Assembly (NCBI GenBank): GCA_951813565.1
Contig: OX638351.1
Coordinates: 4,032,001 to 4,096,000 of the forward strand
Direction: 5' to 3'
DNA: 64,000 bases
From: an uncultured Poribacteria bacterium
Lineage (GTDB): Bacteria > Poribacteria > WGA-4E > WGA-3G
A model generated the notes under the pieces. It made no database searches and was not told where the DNA came from. It worked only from the letters and a program-made list of their open reading frames with translations. This document shows, one piece after another, positions 10,565 to 19,940 of the stretch (positions are counted from its first letter, which is position 1; each line of letters opens with the position of its first letter). Position numbers and translations under genes: made by a program.

Positions 10565-10736
10565 TAGTGAACTTTGAAATTATTGGGACACTATCAGAAT
10601 GCTTCGTTTTGATAAACTTGTCTTGGAAAGATAATGGACAATAGAAATTGTAGCACAAACTTTTAGTTTGTGCCTTATGAGACGCAAACTAAAAGTTTGC
10701 GCTACAGAAGTGTCCCATTAATTATAGGTTTTACTA
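10565..10736. mobile_element. IS630-type MITE carrying a REP doublet
   Basis: TA-flanked imperfect TIRs TAGTGAACTTTGAAATTATTGGGACAC / rc TAGTAAAACCTATAATTAATGGGACAC resemble the IS630 right end at 39427; internal inverted REP pair at about 10650-10706. Confidence 0.7.
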
Positions 10737-10810
10737 TAAATAGAATTCTTTTGAATCAACTAAAAAACGTGCTACTCTGGAGCGCCATCATAGAAGCGTG
10801 AATCGCTTTT

Positions 10811-11473
10811 TTAACCACTCAAAAACTTTTGCTGAACTGTTTCTGAAGCTTTCCTCACAGGCCTCACATCAGCAATAGCGGAGACGCGTCCCTTGTCATC
10901 AAAGACATAATCGCCCCGGTAGGCACGATTACAGAACTGATATTGAGGGATAATATTATCTTTAGTAATAGGCTTTGATGGATCTTTATGTCCTCGTTGC
11001 AATTTAACTTTGTCTTCACCATAGCGATGGCTTGCTTCTCCTTCCTTAGTCCCGCAAGTTGCACACCGCATATCATAAGCAGCTTTTATGTCCTCAAATG
11101 TCTTTGCGTTTAGTATACCTTCTTTCTGTTTTTTTAAAGTTTCCCATTCGGGTGAAGGTTTATAGGGGTCAAGAAGATGATTGCCTTTGCCGTCACTTGT
11201 TAGATGCCACCCATCCCGTTTTAGATGTCTAACTTGTTGATCTCCTCCTAAACCGGGTTTGTCTCGTTGGCAGACTTTGCTTATATCGTCTTTGTGAATT
11301 TCTTCACCTTTGTAGTAGTGTAAGACAGCAAGCCAGATAGATTTAGCTATCTGGTTATACCTTTTAACCTTAGGGATTTTCACCTCATGCTGTTTCAAAT
11401 GCTGCGCATAGATATTGCACAAATCTACTGATGACTTTTGTAAATCATCCGGCGTTGGGAGATTGTTGTTCAT
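10811..11473 (-). pseudogene. HNH-type restriction endonuclease, probably inactivated
   Basis: CATC...LQRGHKDP...NIIPQYQFCNR, where the second CxxC reads YxxC; apparent 1-nt loss near the C-terminus; overlaps the upstream MTase. Confidence 0.6.
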
Positions 11474-12413
11474 AAAATGTTGCCTTTATTCTCTCTTGTG
11501 CGCGATTTGCCATTTCAGACTCGATCTCATATCCGATAAAATCCCTGCCTTCAAGTATAGCTGCGACTCCAGTTGACCCGGACCCTGCGAAAGAATCAAA
11601 GACGATCGCACGGGGCGCGGAGAAAATGCGAATAAGATGCTGCAGTAAATCAACAGGTTTGGCGGTTATGTGTCCATATCGCTCTTTGGGCTTATTTGCT
11701 GGAATGACAGTTCCGGGGAATTGCGTTGCATTAATCAAAGGATTATCGACATCAATTAGTCCCGTTTCCCACTTATCCCAGTTATCCACAAAGGTGCCAT
11801 CTCTGGGGGCTTGTGCGAGGATAATCATTTCACCTTGTGGCTTCAGTTGTGGTGTTTTCCGTCCGCCTATTTTGCGGAGGAGTCTGTCCTTTTCCTCCTC
11901 TGGTAGTTTCCGCTTCCGAATAAAATGATCTTGCGAGAATGCTTTTGCTTGCCCTTCATATCGCCATATCAAAACGTCGCGTATTTCAAACCCTGCATCT
12001 TCTAATGCGATCGCGGTTCTATGTACAAGACGATTTTGGCTAAACACGAGACAGAATCCACCTGGGCGAATAACACGCATCCATTCTTCGGCGACAGGTG
12101 AAAGAAACTTTTGCAATTCTTGTCCCTGCTCAACAGAAAACTTCATCCCTGCTGGTAGTGACCCGATAACCCCCGGTTTCACACGGGCATCTAACTTTTT
12201 GGAGTTCCAATCATCCCCCATGCCATCAATGAAATAGGGTGGATCCGTAAGCACAAGCGAGACAGAATTATCCTCAAGTTGTTTCATTCCGATTCGACAA
12301 TCCTCATTTTCTATAATTGCAGTTAAGTCCTTATAAGGTGGCGGTGAATGGAATAACTTTTGCTGACGCGCTGTGGATAGGTCTACGTCATCAGTGATGT
12401 TTTCATTTTTCAC
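11445..12413 (-). CDS. N6/N4 DNA methyltransferase, beta class
   Basis: TDPPY precedes H.T.KP and DSFAGSGST. Confidence 0.9.
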   Translation of the reverse strand: MKNENITDDVDLSTARQQKLFHSPPPYKDLTAIIENEDCRIGMKQLEDNSVSLVLTDPPYFIDGMGDDWNSKKLDARVKPGVIGSLPAGMKFSVEQGQELQKFLSPVAEEWMRVIRPGGFCLVFSQNRLVHRTAIALEDAGFEIRDVLIWRYEGQAKAFSQDHFIRKRKLPEEEKDRLLRKIGGRKTPQLKPQGEMIILAQAPRDGTFVDNWDKWETGLIDVDNPLINATQFPGTVIPANKPKERYGHITAKPVDLLQHLIRIFSAPRAIVFDSFAGSGSTGVAAILEGRDFIGYEIESEMANRAQERIKATFYEQQSPNAG

Positions 12414-12547
12414 AATTGGGTGTCTCCGTTTGTAATGGTAGAACGACCACCTATATTATATAGTTCTTTGTTCGTTTACTAAATAAACGTGAGTTTGATA
12501 ATTAGACTTAAATGTAGATGTCCGTTGGGTAGAGCGAAGCGAAACCT

Positions 12548-12780
12548 ATAGGCGTCAATTTAGTGCCTGATTTTCTTGTGGGAGGGCTTTCTAAGCCCGA
12601 TATTGTGAGACTCAAATCGTTATATCGGGGTTGAAAACCCGCAGCATGCCAAACGCGCATGCTGCGTTGATTTGGACAAATGCCAAAAAGCGCATTTGGC
12701 GTTGATTTGGCAGCATGCCAAACGCGCATGCTGCGTTGATTCGCTCCCACAATAGGATATATCCTAAAATTGACGCCTAT
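12548..12780. mobile_element. Hairpin-duplicating MITE (ATAGGCGTCAATTT TIR), copy 1
   Basis: Flanked by a 21-bp direct repeat of the REP loop GGGTAGAGCGAAGCGAAACCC (12527-12547 / 12781-12801, 2 mismatches). Confidence 0.75.
12641..12743 (-). repeat. Tandem array of three 34-35-nt YRAATCAAC-hairpin modules inside a REP
   Basis: Units at 12641-12674, 12675-12709 and 12710-12743; removing them restores REP TCGGGGTTGAAAACCC|CTCCCACAA. Confidence 0.85.
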
Positions 12781-12970
12781 GAGTAGAGCGAAGCGAAACC
12801 CAACAATTCAACCGTCTTGGAAGTAATTTAAAGTTGAGTTTCACTCATTTTCCTGTTATTTCGGCATCAAATGGAGAAAAAATCGCTCTTTTATGTCCGA
12901 TTTTTTGTTTATTCCGTTCTACCCAACGGACAGTGGTTATTGAATTTTATTATCAAACTCACGTTAAATA

Positions 12971-13271
12971 ACCTAAGTTGCTACCTATGTAGCACAAACT
13001 TTATGAAGATTAATTTTTTAATTCGGTAATTTTCTGTCCGCACAAGGCAGGTGTACCCACCTGCTGGCGAGGTTTCCTAACCTCGCTAAATTGCCGATTT
13101 ATTTTTTTAAACTTCATTTAGTTTGTGTCATAAGGGCGCAAACTGAAAGTGCTATCAACGGTATGAATGCCTTAATGGCATTCCCCGTGCTACAAAATCT
13201 ATGCTAATAGTGAACTATCCGATTAAAAAGGTGTTTTTTATGTCAATTATCTTGTAGGTAACAACTTGAGT
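12971..13271. mobile_element. MITE family B (ACCTAAGTTG TIR) with nested TGAAG-ended element (13004-13116) and a mini-hairpin
   Basis: ACCTAAGTTGCTACCTA / TAGGTAACAACTTGAGT ends; TSD TAAATA; inner TGAAG..CTTCA element flanked by TTTA inside a REP. Confidence 0.7.
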
Positions 13272-13376
13272 TAAATAGGTAAGGTGGTTTGAGCAAAAAT
13301 GCTAATGAAACAAATGAGTATTAATGAGATACGTTCTGGTTAACGTTTCGGTTTCTGCTATCTTCAAGAATTACGC

Positions 13377-14234
13377 TCACTCACTATCTATCTGCGAATC
13401 ATCAAGCTGCTGTTTAAAAAGCGATAACTCCATTTTAGCTTCTTCACATTTTGTATCTATTTCTATTTCAAGTTCTTGTAGTCGCTTTTCCTGAAGGATT
13501 ATCAAATTGTCAACCTTATCAACTTTCTGCTTCGCATTATTAATATTATCATAATTTGTGTCTGAGCGGTTACAAAGTATCATTAACTCGCGATAGTATT
13601 TTATGCCTTGGTCTAATTGAGCCAATCCACCGTTAATATGTATTAGTTCAACGCGATACTGCTCTAAGTTTGCTCCTGTAAAGAAGCCAGAAAGTTTCTC
13701 TAAGGCTTCATTCAATTCGGTCAGCTGAATCTGTTTTTCAGACCAAAGTATCTTTTTAGCGATGCCATCAGCACTATCGTTGTCGATTATCGGTGCGTGA
13801 TTCCTAAGATTTTCTTGAAGTTGTTTTTCCAAGTCCCTTAACATTGATCGTAGATTTCTAATATCTTTTTTAAATTCATCGCAAAAATTACGAAATTCTG
13901 GAAATTTTCCATGGAGTTCTTGATGTTTCTGCTTCAGTTTTTCAACTTTTAAAATATAAGATGGATATTGAATTTTAAGATTCTTTGATATTTCAAACTT
14001 GAGATTTCGTAATTTAGTTGGACTTGGAGCGGTTCTTTCAAGACTCATCAGACCGCATAGAGTTGCCATTGAACCTGAAAATGAGAGAAGCATTGAACCA
14101 ACAAAAAATAGGATACTTTCCGCCGCTTGAGCCAATCCCAACCAACCTATTACACCAACAAATGAACCACTGCCTATGAGAACCATTGGAAAGGACAAAT
14201 ATTTTTTTATTTCATCTTTGGCTTTGGAATCCAT
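13377..14234 (-). CDS. Hypothetical protein, two TM helices plus long coiled coil
   Basis: 285-aa ORF with RBS AGGAG; AT-rich; no recognisable family. Confidence 0.65.
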   Translation of the reverse strand: MDSKAKDEIKKYLSFPMVLIGSGSFVGVIGWLGLAQAAESILFFVGSMLLSFSGSMATLCGLMSLERTAPSPTKLRNLKFEISKNLKIQYPSYILKVEKLKQKHQELHGKFPEFRNFCDEFKKDIRNLRSMLRDLEKQLQENLRNHAPIIDNDSADGIAKKILWSEKQIQLTELNEALEKLSGFFTGANLEQYRVELIHINGGLAQLDQGIKYYRELMILCNRSDTNYDNINNAKQKVDKVDNLIILQEKRLQELEIEIDTKCEEAKMELSLFKQQLDDSQIDSE

Positions 14235-14287
14235 ATTTATCTCCTATGTGTAGCATAATATCTCAACCCATTATGGGCAAACGCAGC

Positions 14288-14818
14288 TTAAGGTTTTTCA
14301 GCTAATAAAGTATCAATTTGTTTCTTGAGTTCCATGTAAATTTCTGGTTTGAAATTCGCTTTGCGATGAAAGACAATTTTTCCCTGCGATGAAATCAGAT
14401 ACAGATTAGGCTTCTTTTTTTCTGTCCGATAGCGTTGATGTACTTGCCCTTTCCAATCCATTAGGAACGTCACGGGTGGAGGCTTTCTCTTTATTCGGGA
14501 CCGAATAAATCCTTTTGGTATAAATCCTGGTACGCTCCGCATATCCGCAATAATATAAGCGGTGACCTGTTCGTTATCCTTATAATCTTTCTGGAACGCT
14601 TCTGCCCATTTGTCATCTTCTTTCCGAATCTTTCGATTGCCCATAATCAGAAGAACAAGTTTTCCACGCAGCTTCTTCAAATTGTGCTGTTTCTCCTCAG
14701 CATCTTGAAGGGTAAAATCTGGCGCGACATCGCCTACTTTGGGCGGTTTATCCTCTGCAAGGCTTATAACACTTACTAACATAACGCAAATGAACAGATA
14801 TGTAGCAACTTTCATCAT
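14288..14818 (-). CDS. Secreted thioredoxin-fold (AhpC/TSA, YtfJ-like) protein lacking redox Cys
   Basis: Signal peptide; VGDVAPDFTLQD...LRGKLVLL; no CxxC. Confidence 0.7.
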   Translation of the reverse strand: MMKVATYLFICVMLVSVISLAEDKPPKVGDVAPDFTLQDAEEKQHNLKKLRGKLVLLIMGNRKIRKEDDKWAEAFQKDYKDNEQVTAYIIADMRSVPGFIPKGFIRSRIKRKPPPVTFLMDWKGQVHQRYRTEKKKPNLYLISSQGKIVFHRKANFKPEIYMELKKQIDTLLAEKP

Positions 14819-14870
14819 ATTTGCATTGTATCATAAGAGGTAAATTGATGTCAAGCCGATCCCGAACACC

Positions 14871-16468
14871 GGGTGTGTAAAGTTTTTGGCATGAATATCA
14901 CGCTGCTTTTGTGTTTGTATACCAATAATTATTCCATGCTTCATTTTTCAACAAACACCTCCACTTCAGCACAGCATTGATACCCGGTTTCTCCCATCTC
15001 ATAGCAGCTTGTTTGCATCTTTGTCCGACAACATGTTTACACGCACTTTCAATCACACCACTGCCAATCTGATACCCTTTTTCTCTAAACGCTTTATACT
15101 GCATTCGCTTCGCGTGTTTTTCGAAATACCGCGCTTCTCTTTCTAAAATATCCGATACTTCCGGGGTCTGTGTGTCTAAGCCACGAATGCGTGCGGCTAC
15201 TTCTGTAATGTTGCCATCATAAAGGATAGGTTCTGTCGTTTTTACCCAGTCTTGTATCGCCTCTGTTTCAGTCTCTCCGAACGCAACTTTAGCAACATCA
15301 TATAGATGAGACTTCGCATGCATATAATCCACAATCTCTACAGCATTGGGGAAGTATTCATCCGCTAAGTTCCATATCCACGCTGCACCATCACCAAGAA
15401 ACACAATCTCTTGCGTATCTATCGCTTCTTGGTAGATGCCACTATTGGTTGCTAACGCATATAACTCCTTACCAAAATGTGCCGCATCATTACGCGTTGC
15501 GACATAACGGATACTTGTCTCTCTCGCACTTGACACCGCATCAGAACCACATTGTGGATAATCTCTGTAAACACAACCGACTTTTGTCTCTTTCCATCCA
15601 TCAGTAGAGTTGGTGTAGCATCCATCACAACTTACATACCAACGCTGATTAGCCGCAAGTATTTGCGGTGCAACTTGTGCTGACACGCTCAAGTCTGATG
15701 ACCACTCAAGCACTTTTTCGCGCACTATCGTATGGCTCACTTCTATCCCTTGAAAAGCCAACGCTTTCGCAGCAGCTCTATAGTCAAAATGCGCCGCAAC
15801 ATAACACATCCGCTCTACGACACGACGCGTCCATTTACCTCGCAACTTTTGACACGCATCCCAAGGTCTATGATAATGACCCGACGCACAACAATACACC
15901 CAACGCTGCACCGGATCTTGCCACAAAGTGTCGTGATATTTACACCGCGTTTCTGTATCGGACGACACGCTTGTTCACATTGTAGACATTCAACAGGTGC
16001 TGCTGATTGCTGAGATGCTGCTTCTGATACACACACTTCCAGCAACTTTTGACCACTTCTAAGCATCAGGTCTCACATACAAGTCTCAGCTGCTTCTAAT
16101 GATATGCAACGGGATGACGAAAGTTCGCTTGCCACCTGAGCAATCTCTTCTAAAATCTCTTTGACTTCTGGGTTCTCTAATGATAACGTGAGTTTGATAA
16201 TTAACTGGACAGGCAAAAATTGAACAGAGAACGGGCATATTTGCTGAAAAAATCGTTATTTTGGTGTTTTTAACCCCTAAATCCCCCTTATCAGAGGGAC
16301 TTTAAGAGGAAATGTGGAAGTTCTAAATATTTATCAAACTCACGTTAATGATATATTAAACATTGGTATCCTCTTCCTTTTTTGAATTTATTAGGATAGG
16401 ATACCCATTTTTATTGTAACTCGCAATAACTCTGGACATCAGAGTTGCTACAAAAACTTTACACACCC
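14871..16468 (-). mobile_element. ISKra4-family IS with pseudogenised transposase
   Basis: Perfect 18-bp TIRs GGGTGTGTAAAGTTTTTG. Transposase motifs SCDG, W.E.K.G, LGDGA.WIW, VDYMHA..HL, IGSG.IES.CK. Disrupted by a MITE at 16186-16345, a TGA at 16073-16075 and a frameshift near 15913. Confidence 0.85.
16186..16345. mobile_element. MITE family A inserted in the ISKra4 transposase 5' end
   Basis: ACGTGAGTTTGATAA TIRs; 8-bp TSD TAATGATA. Confidence 0.85.
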
Positions 16469-16752
16469 ATAGGTGTCAACTTAAGAAAAAAATGCTGGCT
16501 TATCTCTTGTGGGAGGGCTTTGAAAGCCCGATTTTTGAGACTCAAACCGTTATATCGGGGTTGAAAACCTTCTTACAAGAGATGATATAGTTAATGCCAA
16601 ATATTTACACACCCATTTACTTGCAAAGCATTAAGACCAATCGTGTAGCGGAAGAACATAATTTGGTTTAAACGAATCAATTATTATTTTTTGCGCTCCC
16701 TAAAGTCGGATTATGGTATAATGATTTCAGGATTAGTATAAGATTATGGAGA

Positions 16753-17805
16753 ATGGCGTTGATTAACGAAAGGGATCTAAAGGCACTCCTATTCCAATTT
16801 CAAGACCTGCGAATCCTCGTGATTGGGGATTTCTATCTGGATGCCTACTGGTATATTGACAAAACACGTTCAACATTATCGTTGGAAACACCGTGGCATA
16901 CCAATCCTGTGGTTGAACAACGTTATAGTCCAGGGGCAGCAGGAACCGTCACAAATAATCTCAAGGCATTGGGAGTAGGAACAGTCTATACTTTAGGTGT
17001 CATAGGTGAAGATGGATTCGGAGGAACACTTCAGGCATGTTTAGAAGAAAAAGGATGTCGGACAGATTTTATGGTGAGCGCACCGAAGTGGGTTACCCCT
17101 ACATATCTAAAACCTATTCACCGTGGCTATGAAGATGTTGAAACAGAAGGATCGCGTTTTGATATTGAAAATCAAGCACCGATGGATGATAGTGTTGAAA
17201 ATGCGGTTTTGGATGCGCTTCAAACGTGTATTTCACAGGTTGATGGAATAATCATTGGAGATCAGATGCCTCATCAGAATTTAGGCGTTATCACCAACCG
17301 CGTGCGCGAAGAACTGTGTGATCTTGCGGTGGTTTATCCCGATAAGATTTTCTTTGCTGACTCCCGTACGCGGATCGGAACATATCAAAACGTAATTATA
17401 AAACCTAATCGCTTTGAAGCACAACGCGTACTTGTTCCAAATTGGGACGGAAAATCTGTTGACACTGAATCAGCAAAAAGGTGTGCAGTCGCGCTTGCAG
17501 AACAGGCGCAAAACATGGTATTCGTCACACTCGGTGAGGAAGGTATTCTCGTTTATCATAACGATCAACTTACCCATATTCCCGGTATCCCGAATGCTGA
17601 CAAAACTGATCCTGTTGGGGCCGGAGATAGCGTTTCAGCAGGGATAGTTCCTACGCTCTGTAGTTTAGGCAGTGAGGCTGCAGTTCAAGCAGCATATCTT
17701 GGGAATCTGATTGCGTCCATTACTGTAACTAAGATAGGCACAACAGGCACAGCCACACCAGAGGAAGTACTGGAAAGATATCGGAGTCTAAATGAACGTA
17801 TTTGA
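16753..17805 (+). CDS. PfkB-family carbohydrate kinase (HldE/RfaE kinase-domain-like)
   Basis: ILVIGDFYLD, PGAAG.V..NL, KPN..EA and DPVGAGD motifs. Confidence 0.8.
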   Translation: MALINERDLKALLFQFQDLRILVIGDFYLDAYWYIDKTRSTLSLETPWHTNPVVEQRYSPGAAGTVTNNLKALGVGTVYTLGVIGEDGFGGTLQACLEEKGCRTDFMVSAPKWVTPTYLKPIHRGYEDVETEGSRFDIENQAPMDDSVENAVLDALQTCISQVDGIIIGDQMPHQNLGVITNRVREELCDLAVVYPDKIFFADSRTRIGTYQNVIIKPNRFEAQRVLVPNWDGKSVDTESAKRCAVALAEQAQNMVFVTLGEEGILVYHNDQLTHIPGIPNADKTDPVGAGDSVSAGIVPTLCSLGSEAAVQAAYLGNLIASITVTKIGTTGTATPEEVLERYRSLNERI

Positions 17806-18577
17806 AGCAATAACCCAACGTCGCAGCTATCGTGGTGAATTTCAGAATCGTCCAATTGATGAAGCTGACCAGAATCGGTTGATTGAGGCGGCGCGATGGA
17901 CACCTTCCCCTTTTAACGTTCAACCATGGGAGTTAGTGATCATTCAAGAGGCTGAGGGAAAAGAGATACTGGCCGATATAACTCAACAAGCAATTATTGA
18001 ACAGTTCAAAGATTCCAAGTTTTTGGACGACAATAGCCGATGGATGTGTCTAAACGAAACAGAATGGCAAGACCGTGGCGATGGTGTTCTACTGAAAGAC
18101 CATGTTACCCTACCGAAATTGCTTCAAAATTGCCCTGAGAAACTGACAGGCAGCATATTGAAAGGGTTGTTAAAAAATGCGAAGTCGTTGGCGATTGTGG
18201 GGCATTTAGGCGCAGGTAAAATGCCTGCAAAGGAAATTGCTACACAAGTACGCGAAGCGCCATTGTTAGTATTGGTTACGATGAATACCGAAAGGTGTCC
18301 ACCGGGTGAAGGGGCAACCCGATGGATGTGGCTGAGCATGGGGATGTTAATACAGAATATGCTTCTCGCTGCGACATCGCGTGGTATCGGTGTGCAATTT
18401 GTCAGTGCGCCTTTAGAAAGCGAAGCGGATCGCGAAAATATCCGCCAACTTTTCAATATCCCTGACTATCATGAGGTAATCACGCTATTAAGGATAGGTT
18501 ACGTAAGTTCGGAGGGTGGAAGTTCTGTCAGGTTAAAACCTTCAGAGTTTGTTCATCATGAGAAGATTTCGAATTAG
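17792..18577 (+). CDS. Nitroreductase family protein
   Basis: I..RRSYR, AARWTPS..N.QPW and QNMLLAA...GIG motifs. Confidence 0.85.
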   Translation: MNVFEAITQRRSYRGEFQNRPIDEADQNRLIEAARWTPSPFNVQPWELVIIQEAEGKEILADITQQAIIEQFKDSKFLDDNSRWMCLNETEWQDRGDGVLLKDHVTLPKLLQNCPEKLTGSILKGLLKNAKSLAIVGHLGAGKMPAKEIATQVREAPLLVLVTMNTERCPPGEGATRWMWLSMGMLIQNMLLAATSRGIGVQFVSAPLESEADRENIRQLFNIPDYHEVITLLRIGYVSSEGGSSVRLKPSEFVHHEKISN

Positions 18578-18724
18578 GAACTACTCTTGTAGGAGGGAGA
18601 CTTTGTCCGACCGATTTATGGTAGATTTTACAATTAACTGGACATGGTGATTCGGTGTTCACAAAGGGTCATATAGCTGAGGGGTGTGCATAAATAATTC
18701 AATGTCAAATTTATGCTTAAAGGT

Positions 18725-18820
18725 AGTAGGCACGCGCCGCGTGCCGTAACCAAATTCAAAGAGGCGCAGCATGCCACACGCGCATGCTGCGTTGATTTGG
18801 CAATGAATTGCGCGACTACA
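18725..18820. repeat. GTAG-type REP pair, one arm carrying a mini-hairpin module (18766-18799)
   Basis: GTAGGCACGCGCCGCGTGCC and ...GCGCAATGAATTGCGCGACTAC; empty version at 33742-33768. Confidence 0.75.
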
Positions 18821-18920
18821 AACGTATCAAAAAAAGAAAATGTCAACTTATCTTTATACTTCACGATATAGCGATACTACATTCCAGAAAACCGAATATA
18901 TCTGCTTGAGAAAAAAGCAG

Positions 18921-19937
18921 TCATACACCATCTGTAATCAACTCTTCATTATAGGCAAACAAAGCAGGCGTTCCGCCAGTATGTAGGAATATAACAGTAT
19001 CGCTTGAATCAAATTTACCTTGTTTGATATGGTCTATTAGGCATGCCATTGCCTTAGCAGTATAAACTGGATCAAGAATTATACCTTCCGTGCTTGCTAC
19101 CAATTTGAGAGCGGAGATACACTCAGGAGTTAGATATCCATAAGCGTCCCCAATGTAATCATCGGTATTTTGGATATCAGAATCGTTGATTTGGATATTA
19201 AGTTTTAAGATAGAAGCCGCAAGATTTGCAGCATCGCGTATCCGATCGATCTTACCTTCCCAATGGATAGGCGCGCAGGCAAAAGGTTTTAATTTTATTC
19301 CAAGTGCTTTAGTACCAAGCACCAAACCTGCTTGAGTTCCACCTACCGAAGCGGTATAGATCCAATCAGCATCAATCCCGATTTGTGTTTGCTGTTCATG
19401 AATTTCAGCGATGCACCATGTAAATGCAACTGCTGCGAGTGCAGTGGAGCGAGGCGAGGCAATAACATAAGGTTTTAATCCGTCTGCTTTCAATTTCTCA
19501 GCAAGTTCGAATTTGAACTCCTCTAATTCTGGACCAAACGGAATATCGACAACTTCAACATCCGCACCTGCCAAATGGTCTAACAAAAGATTACCTTGCA
19601 CGATACTTTTATGATCGCGTGCGAGGCGTAGATAGCAGTTCAACCCAAGCTTACTACAAGCTGCGGCAGCTTGTCGACAATGGTTTGATTGCGAAGCGGC
19701 TCCCTGTATAATCGTATCCGCCCCTTGATCCACACCTTCACCGATTGTAAAAGTCAATTGTCTAACCTTATTTCCACCAAACGCTAATCCAGAACAATCT
19801 TCACGTTTTATGAAGATGCGTGGACCACCAAGTGCTTCAGATAGGCGCGGACATTCTTCAAAAGGAGTGGGAAAATGCCCTATATTAACTTGTGGGATTT
19901 GGGCGATACGTTGAAGTAGGTTTTGTCTGGTTATCAC
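18921..19937 (-). CDS. D-cysteine desulfhydrase / ACC deaminase family PLP enzyme
   Basis: IKRED.SGLAFGGNKVR, QSNH, LDPVYT.KA and FLHTGG motifs. Confidence 0.85.
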   Translation of the reverse strand: MITRQNLLQRIAQIPQVNIGHFPTPFEECPRLSEALGGPRIFIKREDCSGLAFGGNKVRQLTFTIGEGVDQGADTIIQGAASQSNHCRQAAAACSKLGLNCYLRLARDHKSIVQGNLLLDHLAGADVEVVDIPFGPELEEFKFELAEKLKADGLKPYVIASPRSTALAAVAFTWCIAEIHEQQTQIGIDADWIYTASVGGTQAGLVLGTKALGIKLKPFACAPIHWEGKIDRIRDAANLAASILKLNIQINDSDIQNTDDYIGDAYGYLTPECISALKLVASTEGIILDPVYTAKAMACLIDHIKQGKFDSSDTVIFLHTGGTPALFAYNEELITDGV

Positions 19938-19940
19938 ATC

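Larger units (their letters stand above)
12487..12964. mobile_element. MITE family A (ACGTGAGTTTGATAA TIR), with nested elements
   Basis: Perfect 15-bp TIR; TSD TAAATAA at 12480-12486 and 12965-12971. Confidence 0.8.

Noticed and set aside
10530..10658. N-terminal extension of the epimerase ORF
   Set aside because: Runs through a MITE; the conserved protein starts at 10529.
12641..12743. Repeat-spacer-repeat pattern as a CRISPR mini-array
   Set aside because: The middle unit is itself a multicopy hairpin module with the same leader, not a unique spacer.
12508..12750. 80-aa ORF with repeated NQRSMRVWHAA (similar ORFs at 18634, 38007 and 41245)
   Set aside because: Translation of repeat modules; no RBS or coding features.
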